This document shows positions 38,010 to 47,912 of a DNA stretch of 64,000 bases, one piece after another. Under the pieces are notes generated by a model. It was not told the DNA's origin, did not search any database, and saw only the letters and a list, made by a program, of their open reading frames with translations. Both the position numbers and the translations under genes were made by a program. How positions within the stretch are numbered: position 1 is the first letter of the stretch; each line of letters begins with the position of its first letter. This stretch comes from Psammoneis japonica (lineage: Eukaryota): NCBI GenBank assembly GCA_008632985.1, contig QPGO01000094.1, positions 44,721-108,720 of the forward strand. Reading direction: 5' to 3'.

Positions 38010-41000
38010 ATGTCCATGGATCCTGATGCCGTCAAGATGTTTGCTGAGGCCTTCGCCAAGATGCAAACCTCGACCAACCCTCCTACGATCCCCACGCCGC
38101 TTCGCGGCGGCATCCACCACTCTCATGGAGTGTATCTGGGCGGTTCGGCTCTGAACAACAAGTGCGAGCAGACCGACACCCGCACCCACCGTTTTGCCTC
38201 GCAACGTCGCCATCCGAAAGCTGTCGACTCTATCGAGCGATCTCTCAGAGATCAACTCGCCTCGGCAACCACATCCAAGTTCAACGGCCAGATTGAGTTA
38301 TCCAACGGTTCCAGTGCTGAACTGGACAAAGACCACTTCGTCAAGACCATTCAGGACTTAATCGAGTCGCACGGACAAGAAACTTTCTGCCATCTCAAGA
38401 AAGTCGACGGCAAGGTCGTGTGCCTTTTTGATCACCTTCACGCCTTCACTGTCAAAGACCTTGAGAAGGAATGTGAGACCCGTGTGGCGGCTGCAGGTGA
38501 CGAAGGCTACGATCAGCATGAAATCGATGACATCGGCTCATCACAACTCATCGTCAAGTCGCGCATCACCGAAACCTTCCGTGAAAAGATTGAAACCAAG
38601 TTTAATCACTTGAAGAACTACAAGGATCTTCCGGGGTCTGTCTTATTTATGATGGCTCTGGACACCTGCAACGCCAGTGCTCTGGTTGACGTCAAGGCCG
38701 CCAAGGAAAAGTTGAACGACTTAACTCTGGACAACTGCCCTGGCGAAGACTGCACCGAGCTTGCAACCGAAACTCTGCGCCTGCTCAAGATCATGCAGAC
38801 GGACCATGCGTCACCAGTTGAAACTGGGTCTGCTGTTTTATCTGGGGCATCAAAGACATCCTCCGAGTTTTTCAATCGTCAAGTTTTTGCCAAGCTCGAC
38901 TCCGTCAAGCGCTTGGAGCGCAAATGTCGCTTGCGTGACCCGGCAGAAGTCCCCAAGGATGCCGACCATGCGGATCTTGGACCTGTTGGCCTCATTGGCT
39001 GGATCACCAAGACCCATGGCGAACTCATTAGCGATGAAGATTGGCCTGCCTTAGCAGCCAAGCTCCCGGAATCCAACCTCGCCAAGGACCACTCGGAAAA
39101 GCATTGCTGCGGCTGTGGCAAGGTTGGGTGCACCAAACGCACGTGTCCCACCTGCAAGGAGCAATGCAAGAAGGACAAACAGGGCACGGCGGACAAGTCC
39201 AAGGATGACCCTCCGGATGTCCGGAAGACCAACCCTTCCAAGAAACCACCCAAGCCGGCCTGGCGTTTTGTTCACAAAGGTGCCACTGTCACCGACGAGA
39301 AAGGCACGACCTGGCACTGGTGCGACAAGTGTGTGAACAAGGAAACGGGCAAGAAGGGCATGTGTCAAGGCCACTCCTCCGCTCAACACACCGGGAAACC
39401 GTCTGTCAACACCGACACCGCCGCTGCGGCAAATTTATCTGCTGTGTCGGACCCTTCTTCGGGCATTCCTTTTGGTCCTCCCAAGCAGACGACGTCTCCG
39501 CCTACAGACGAACCCTCTGACCCTAACGAGCTGGTTTATTGCGGCATGTGGTGTGCACCAGTGGACGACTCTTTGAGTTCGACTCCAGTGACTACGTCCG
39601 TCTCGTTCACTCCTGCTCCATCGGCCGAGAGGGAGACTACCGTGGCCAAACCCGCTCCCATCTTGGTTGAAACGGTTGCCCCCGAAGACGCTGACGATTA
39701 CTCCGAGTGCTCCGACGCTCACTCCTCTTTTGACTCCCTACCGTCAGCTATCGAGCTATTTCCGGCCCACACCATGCACGAGATTCAAAATCCGGACGTG
39801 TTTTATGACACGATCGCAACTCACGTGGAAGGTCTGTCTGACGACGTGTTAGACGATCTCGTTTCCGGGGCAAGCATCCTACTTTTCGAAGACAGCTACG
39901 AGCACTTACCTCCAAGCACCCAGTATCGCGGTTTCGAATTTTACGATCCCGAACCCCAAGATGTTGATTGTGGCGTCGAGGAGGCAACGCCGAGCTCTCG
40001 TCTTGAGCTTTTCTGGAACTTCTTGAAGCTCCGAGTTTTCTGGCTGTTTGCTATGTTCTGGGAAACGGTACTACACATTTGCTGTGCGCCGATTCCTGTC
40101 TTACCTCGTCGTATACGCCGTAAGGCATTCATCCCAACCATTCACGGTTTCCCCTCTACCTGGATGGTGCTGACTGGAGCTATCATGGTCTGGGCGTCTG
40201 TTTTCAACGGTCAGCCTCCCACGTATCCATTCTCCAATGTCCCTTCTCGCTTCTCCAAAGCTAGCTCTCAGGTCTACTCGATCATTGAAGAACTAGACGA
40301 TAAGACAGTGTTAGATCCGGGCAGTTTGGTGGAATACAACAAGATCAAGGCGCGACAAGTGCTTACCGAATTTGTGGAGCGCGATCCGGACCATCATCTG
40401 AGCAAGAAATTCACGCAGCTCTGGGAGAACGACGTATGCTCTTCCCCAGGCCGCTGCATCCCTCCAGCTCTAGAAGACCTCGAGTCCTACTTCGACACCT
40501 ATGATTCAGAGGAAGCCCTCGACCCGCTCCCGACCGAGCCGAGCCACTACTTTGATGCGGTTGAGGAGCTCTCTCCGGACTATTTTCGTTTCGACGAGCT
40601 GTCCACCAAGTTTGGTTTCGTGGACACCACTCCATGGCAAGACCCTGTGAAGCTTCTCCAGGCAGCTACTGACGGAACCGAAGCCTATCCTACTCATACC
40701 TCTATGCAGGTATTGACGGGCCAACGCTCTTTAGCACAACTCGCCGCCGACCCGCAAGCTTTGCTGAGCCCAGCACATGAGCGCCACACCGTCACATGCG
40801 ACACTGGCGCATCCCTAGCCATTGCTTACGATGAAAATGACTTTGTCGGACCTCTGACGATCCCTGATGGCCCATTGAAGCTTGGGGGTCTAGCAAAGGG
40901 CTTAACCATCGCCGGCATCGGACCCGTCTCCTGGGTTTTCCACAACGAGGACGGCTCTGAGCTCGTCGTCAAGACGATGGCGCACCATGTGCCTCAGGCC

Positions 41001-44000
41001 GGACAACGTCTTCTATCCCCACAACGCCTCTACAGCAAGGAACATGGCGTGACAGGAAAACATGAGGGAGACGAGGACTCATTTCGAGTGCATGTTGATG
41101 GCGTCGGTTCGCTCAAGGTCGCGTGCGCGTCAAATCACTTGCCGGTTGCGTCTGTGACCAACGGGGTGGCACCCGCTCCTCAAGTCAATCTGTCTGTGTT
41201 GCACGAGGACAACCAGAACCTCACCACCGGTCAGAAGCTCCTTCAAGAATGGCACTTCAGGTTTGGTCACCTGAACATGCCACGCATCCAAGGCCTGCTT
41301 CGGGCCGAACCTTTTCTCCGACCCAAATTCAAGCATGCTTCGCGTTGCGACATTCCGCGGTGCGAGGTGTGCGAACATGCCAAAGGACATCGCCGAACCC
41401 TCAAGTCTGCCAAACATGCGGCTACTCCAGAGCGTGAGGGTGCTCTTCGAGCCGAGCATCTACGTCCAGGCCAAGCCGTCAGCGTGGATCACTTCGAATC
41501 CCGTCTCCTCGGCCGAACCTGCGACTCCTGCGGGAAGGCCTCGTCCCAGCAATACAAAGGAGGCTGCATTTTTGTGGATCATGCCTCCGGTTACCTGCAC
41601 ATTGAACACCAACTTGGTTTCTCTGCTGTGGAAACGGTGCGCGCGAAGCAAGCGTTTGAGAAGCACGCGATGGACCACGGAGTCATCATCCAAGAATTTC
41701 TTGCCGATTCTGGCGCTTTCAAGGCCAGTGCTTTTGTGCAACACATGCGACAGCACGAACAACGTCTACGTTTTTGCGGAACCAACGCCCACCATCAGAA
41801 CGGCGTCGCAGAACGCGGCATTCGCTCCGTCTCCAACATGGCGAGAGCGATGCTCCTCCACGCATCCATCCGTTGGAAGGGGGGCANNNNNNNNNNNNNN
41901 NNNNNNNNNNNNNNNNNNNNNNNNNNNNNNNNNNNNNNNNNNNNNNNNNNNNNNNNNNNNNNNNNNNNNNNNNNNNNNNNNNNNNNNNNNNNNNNNNNNN
42001 NNNNNNNNNNNNNNNNNNNNNNNNNNNNNNNNNNNNNNNNNNNNNNNNNNNNNNNNNNNNNNNNNNNNNNNNNNNNNNNNNNNNNNNNNNNNNNNNNNNN
42101 NNNNNNNNNNNNNNNNNNNNNNNNNNNNNNNNNNNNNNNNNNNNNNNNNNNNNNNNNNNNNNNNNNNNNNNNNNNNNNNNNNNNNNNNNNNNNNNNNNNN
42201 NNNNNNNNNNNNNNNNNNNNNNNNNNNNNNNNNNNNNNNNNNNNNNNNNNNNNNNNNNNNNNNNNNNNNNNNNNNNNNNNNNNNNNNNNNNNNNNNNNNN
42301 NNNNNNNNNNNNNNNNNNNNNNNNNNNNNNNNNNNNNNNNNNNNNNNNNNNNNNNNNNNNNNNNNNNNNNNNNNNNNNNNNNNNNNNNNNNNNNNNNNNN
42401 NNNNNNNNNNNNNNNNNNNNNNNNNNNNNNNNNNNNNNNNNNNNNNNNNNNNNNNNNNNNNNNNNNNNNNNNNNNNNNNNNNNNNNNNNNNNNNNNNNNN
42501 NNNNNNNNNNNNNNNNNNNNNNNNNNNNNNNNNNNNNNNNNNNNNNNNNNNNNNNNNNNNNNNNNNNNNNNNNNNNNNNNNNNNNNNNNNNNNNNNNNNN
42601 NNNNNNNNNNNNNNNNNNNNNNNNNNNNNNNNNNNNNNNNNNNNNNNNNNNNNNNNNNNNNNNNNNNNNNNNNNNNNNNNNNNNNNNNNNNNNNNNNNNN
42701 NNNNNNNNNNNNNNNNNNNNNNNNNNNNNNNNNNNNNNNNNNNNNNNNNNNNNNNNNNNNNNNNNNNNNNNNNNNNNNNNNNNNNNNNNNNNNNNNNNNN
42801 NNNNNNAAAAGCAAAAAGATCCCGATGTGCCTTCTTCACACGAGGCCATGCGCAGCGATGAATCCGAAGAGTGGGTCAAGGCCATGAAAATCGAAGTTGA
42901 CGCGCTGCTCCACCGACGTGCATGGGAAATGGTGCCAAGAACGGCAGATGTGAATGCACCACCCGGCACATGGGCTTTCAAACTCAAACGACTCCCGGAT
43001 GGTGCGCCCTTGAAGTACAAGGCACGACATTGTGTTCGCGGCGATTTGCAGAAACACGGGATCGATTTTTTCGAGACCTGCGCGCCGGCAGTGCAATGGT
43101 CGTCCATGCGCCTTCTCCTCACCACGGTGCTCAAGGAAGGTTGGACTACACGTCAAGTGGACTGTGCCACAGCCTTCTGCCAAGCTGACATCAAGGAGAA
43201 GGTCCATGTAGAGCCTCCAAAGGGTTTCCAACCAAAATCGGGCGCCGACCTGGTGCAAAATTATTGAAAGGCCCACACGGCCTACGCCAGTCTCCCAAGT
43301 GCTTCTGTGAAAAGCTGAGGGACGGATTGCTCGAAAGAGGATGGATTCAATCCGCCATTGACCCTTGTCTTTATTTCAAAAAGGGTGTGCCATGTGTGGC
43401 ACATGTTGACGATGCCGTGTTCGCCGGCGCATCGGCCCAAGCCTTGGAAGCAGAGATTGCCAAGTTGGGCATTTCTGACGATGAGCAACGCCATGTCTTT
43501 GATCTACGTGATGAAGGCGAAGTCGGCAACTTTCTAGGGATCAAGATTCAAAAGCTCGAAGACGGCCGATTCCTCCTGACCCAACCCGGCCCAATTGAGA
43601 AAGTTCTCCGCACCGCACAGATGACTGAGTGCAACGGCGCACCTGCTCCTGCCTTGCCTGCTCCTGCTGGCAGCGATGCCGACGGGCCACCGTTCGAAGA
43701 GCCTTATGACTGCCGTTCCGTGGTCGGCATGCTGATGTGTCTAGCGTCCAACAGCCGCCCGGACATTGCTTGCGCGACCCATCAAGTCGCACGGTTCTCC
43801 TGCGCACCCAAGGCCTCCCACGCTGCGGCTGTCAAGCGCATTCTTCGTCACCTGAAGGATGCGGCCGACAAAGGACTTATCCTAACTCCAACCGCCGATC
43901 AACGACTCGACTGCTATGTTGATGCTGATTTCGCGGGACTCTTCAGTGTTGAAGATGGACAAGATCCCACGTCTGTCAAGTCACGTGCGGGACATGTCAT

Positions 44001-44490
44001 TTATTATGCTGGATGTCCGATTGTCTGGGTGTCCAAGTTGCAGACCCTCGTCGCACTCTCTACCATGGAAGCCGAGCATGTCGCCCTCTCCCAAGCGATG
44101 CGTGATCTCATCCCCCTTCGCGAGATCGTGAAGGAAATCAACGCGCTCGTTTTCGGACAGCCGGACAGACAGACCGACATTTCGACACATTCGAAGGCTT
44201 TCCGACACGCCAACGACGGAACTGAGGATTCTCCCATTGACTCCACTAACCTCCCAGCATCCGTTGTGTACGAAGACAATGCTGCCTGCCTCCAATTCGC
44301 CCGCATGCCAAAATTATCCCCACGAACCAAGCACATCGGCATTCCCTGCCATTGGTTTCGCACTAAAGTTGAGGCTTTGGAGATCAAAATTGAGCCTGTG
44401 AGCTCAGCTGCACAGCTTGCTGACCAGTTTGCTAAAGGATTGACTGTTGATCTATTCCGCACTGGTCGCAAAGCCCTCATGGGCTGGTGA
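38010..44490 (+). pseudogene. Copia gag-pol polyprotein with Tyr->Cys/His damage
   Basis: Zn knuckle-like CCGCGKVGCTKRTC, protease DTGAS, integrase WHFRFGH...CEVC with VSVDHF/LADSG/NGVAER, RT KARHCVRGD and HVDD, RNase H YVDADFAG...STMEAE...YEDN...LADQF. Frameshift at ~43257. An assembly gap lies inside. Confidence 0.93.
41887..42806. other. Assembly gap (920 N)
   Basis: Run of N within pol, between integrase and RT. Confidence 1.
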
Positions 44491-44513
44491 CTGACAGTTC
44501 TCCTTCTCTTTTC

Positions 44514-44526
44514 GGTTGAGAGGGAG
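44514..44526 (+). promoter_or_regulatory. Polypurine tract
   Basis: ggttgagagggag directly before the 3' LTR. Confidence 0.8.
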
Positions 44527-44815
44527 AGTCACGAGTCAACAACCGAGTCTGATTCACGGATGACGCTCCCGGTCATGGATCTCTTCTTCCGGAAGAAATG
44601 TCCGTTGAGTCTTACAGCGACAGCAATCGGAGTGACACACACGACCGTTGGGTCATGATGTCATCTCCAATCCCTCGTGAGATCTTCTCACAATTCGTAT
44701 CTTTAGCGCATCTTATTGTCCCAAAACCCACTTCTTATCATCCTCTGTTGTATTGTACAACCTCAAGAGAGTCCTGAACTCTCCATCCTACACAGTGCAT
44801 TGTTGTGTCCCAAGT
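44527..44815 (+). repeat. 3' LTR (289 bp)
   Basis: Ungapped match to 37542-37830, followed by the TSD TTTCG. Confidence 0.96.
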
Positions 44816-44820
44816 TTTCG

Positions 44821-44897
44821 TCGGCTTTCTTGGCCTGTAAGAAGGCACGAATCGCCTCTGCTGTGTGGTTGGATGGCTGTTCCGTTACCGCCGGCAT
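44821..44897 (-). pseudogene. 5' part of the interrupted Ulp1-like gene
   Basis: MPAVTEQPSNHTAEAIRAFLQAKKADE joins in frame to SEEAQKKEAEDRLKKIG when the element and one TSD are removed. Confidence 0.7.
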
Positions 44898-45393
44898 TGT
44901 ATTCGTGCGGCTTTTCGTAAAGATGGCTTCGTAAAGACCGGGAACAAAAACTGTTCGTTGTCGTCTTTGCTTGAGTTGTCGCACCCGAGAGTTGAGTTGT
45001 CGCCCTTGCTTGATTCTCGCCAAGGCCTTCACCCAGGATCCTCCACTGGTAGGCAATGAAGAAGGGATCTATCCATGCGCAATAACTGTACAAATGTGCT
45101 GTTAACCACAACAACAACAACAACATCCGTGTTCAAGTTTGAGTTCAAAGTGGCTGGAAATCTCAAAATTGTATCATGAAATCTCAAATCCGAAAAGACG
45201 GGATAGACGGACGGACGCACGGACGCACGACGTACAATCAGTGCTCCGTACGTACGTTTACTGTACTTATGGTACTGTAGTTTGCTGCTACTGTACACTG
45301 TAGAGCCTTGCCTCCACGTAGAGTTTGTATCAGACTCTACGCACGACACTTCTTTCAGGGCGGCGATCAATCTTGAGAGAAAGGCAAGTCACC

Positions 45394-46526
45394 ATGACGT
45401 CTCTGGGCGCCCAAGTGGTTGCAGCGGCTTCCAATGTGGCCCGTAGACTAGGGTAAGTCTTTATTGTATGAGATAATACCTTCCATAGGTTGAAATCGGA
45501 GAGAATCGCGTTGGCATTCGAATTATCTGAGCCCTTGACGCACTGTTGTCCCGAATTTTTAGTATGCTCTGTTTTTTGCTCTCCAACTGCAATGCAATGT
45601 TTTCCTTTGGCGTCTTACTCGTTTATCGACTGCTTGTGTACTCATAGATCCATGCTGGATGGCATGGGAGCACAGTTGGAAGTAGCAAAATACACGGAGA
45701 GATTGGTGCCTTCAACCAGATTTGTGGCTGTCGATGGCACGGCTCCGGCGGTGTCTGACGGTGCGGCTTTTGTTGCCCCATCAGCGTCAATGATTGGCGA
45801 TGTCACGCTTGGAAAGAACTCCAGGTTAGTATCCTGTTCGCAAAATATCGAATGTATCGGCGAAACTGCAGAACACGACAGCTATTTCACCGGCATGTTT
45901 GCTCAAACTACCTTTCTCTGTAATTCACTAGTCTCTGGTACGGCTCAACAGTTCGAGGCGACGTCAACAAAGTAACAATTGGAGAGAATTCTAGTATTGG
46001 TGATCGTGCAGTTGTGCATGTAGCAAAGATTCAGGGAAATTTCAACACCCACATTGGCAGCAACGTAACAGTGGGACCGTGTGCTTTGATTCATGCCGCC
46101 ACCCTCAAGGATTCTGTCGTTGTTGGAGCTTCCGCCCAAATTTTGGACGGAGCAGTGGTTGATTCTCATTCTATTATAGCTCCTGGCGCGGTGGTGACTC
46201 CGGGTACAAACGTGAAAAGCGGTGAACTCTGGGCCGGATCTCCCGCAAAGATGGTTCGTGCCCTTACTGCCGAAGAGATTGCTGGGATCGCCGACTCTGC
46301 CAACACCAAAGTTGAGCTAGCCTCTCTGCATGCTTCTGAATGCTCCAAGGACTACCAACAAGTGCTTGCCGACGAAGAATTGCTCGAGGACACCATCAAC
46401 AGGGATCCTGACTACCTTCCGCGTGAGGGAACCGATCCAACTGACATTCTCGGACAAGGAGCTCCTGGACGTATCTTTGACTCTACTCTAACGAACCCAG
46501 AGGAGGGATTGAAGCAGAAGTCATAA
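45394..46526 (+). CDS. Gamma carbonic anhydrase-like protein (hexapeptide repeat; mitochondrial complex I type), 3 exons
   Basis: AFVAPSASMIGDVTLG, VWYGSTVRGDVN, IGDRAVVHV and GELWAGSPAK. One Zn-ligand His position reads Pro (VTVGPCALIH), so it may be non-catalytic. Confidence 0.88.
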
Positions 46527-46939
46527 GGAATTTATATGGATGAGTTCATCAAGCCTGCTCATTTCTCAAGTTTCGCTTATTGTAGCAGCACTCGATGCTT
46601 TAATTAACCATAGGGCTATCTTACATAGCGCATCCTTTCGTCCTACCGGTACTCTAGAGTAGAGAGCAAGCAAACAAATCATACAAGGATTCTTCTTTCG
46701 TTCTACAGTGAAATGATGCGTGTGATAAGCAACGTGCATACCGAATGAAAATATACTACTTCAGCAAGTTATGGAAAAGTAACGAGACTGTCGCTGGCGG
46801 CGGATCTAATCCAGCGCTAACACAACCCTCAAAAAAATCCAACACCTGTCTTCTAATTCAACTGTTGAGTGACAGTCAATTTTGCAACGGATCAAGGACA
46901 CAAAACCATTACGTGCCAAAACCCATCCACAAAAGACTT

Positions 46940-47448
46940 CTACTTTCGCAAAATACCAAATTGGTTCTTGTATTCCTCGCGAGCCTGGCGCTCAAGCTCC
47001 GGGTTGACTCTACCGCTCTGCGGGTCGGTACCGAGGGGGCGACGAAAGAGGAGAATATGGGGTTCCGGACTGTTCAAAACATATAGAACGCGAATGCAGT
47101 GGTTGAGTAAAAGAACACAAGATGAAACAGCAGATTTATGCTTGTTGTTTCTTACCGATGAATCGCGTAGTGATGCCATCCACGACTTTGCTGGACACCA
47201 ATACCGCGCCATTCCGATTCAGACAAGAGGCGGCTCTTTGGAAGATTCTTGGCCAGTTCCTTTGGAAGAATCACATGCCTGCAGCGGAAAACATCAAAAC
47301 AAACACGCGAGATCAGTGGGCTGTGGTACAAATTGTACGTAAATTTAACGTCTCTTTTTCGAGACGGCATTTTTGCATGCTCTTACCGGTACTCGTTGGT
47401 GTCGTCGGCATACTTTTCACTGTATTCGATACGGGAAGCACTAGACAT
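46940..47448 (-). CDS. CKS1: Cyclin-dependent kinase regulatory subunit, 3 exons
   Basis: [15 protein letters not shown] / HVILPK...[25 protein letters not shown] / [11 protein letters not shown]. Confidence 0.96.
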
Positions 47449-47912
47449 GATGATAAAGGAGAGATGTGGGCAGGGAGTGTGATTGCGGTCGACTTCTACT
47501 CTCTCTAAAGAGGCGGTCGGATTGGGTCGACGTTGTCTTCGTCGTTGTGCCTGTGATGCTGTCACAGTTCAAACGAGAAATAGTCGTGTGTAGTAGCGAG
47601 CCGTACATTTTCTACGCGGTGCCGCAAAAAACGAACTGGCGCGTTCGTGGGTCTCCCGCTCTCCAACGCGCACTCATGAAAAGCAGGAAAGCAGCCATCC
47701 ATGCTCAGTCCGACAAGCTGATTGATCACACAACCCCAGACATCCCTGCTCATCCCTCGCTCATTCATCATTCATCGACAATCGACAAGTGTAGTCAATA
47801 GGGCCCTCTAAGCTAGAAGTAGATAGAAGGCGTCATACACATATTGTATCCCTTGTCTGCACTGACGGCCCACTCTGCTCCCAATCTGGCTCTAAGATAG
47901 CCTCAGAGAACG

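Larger units (their letters stand above)
37542..44815 (+). mobile_element. Full-length Ty1/Copia (CoDi-like) LTR retrotransposon
   Basis: Two 289-bp LTRs, a 5-bp TSD TTTCG (37537-37541 and 44816-44820), PBS, PPT, and gag-PR-IN-RT-RH domain order. Confidence 0.96.

Noticed and set aside
41335..43267. Long ORFs in several frames
   Set aside because: They only span the N gap.
38010..44490. ADAR-type RNA editing or RT error
   Set aside because: Both A->G and T->C occur on the same strand, the LTRs diverged after integration, and a Helitron-like element is also affected.
37542..44815. Classical RIP or CpG decay as the cause of LTR divergence
   Set aside because: Shared CpGs are all intact, and conserved Tyr codons are lost rather than TA gained, so the direction is away from TpA.
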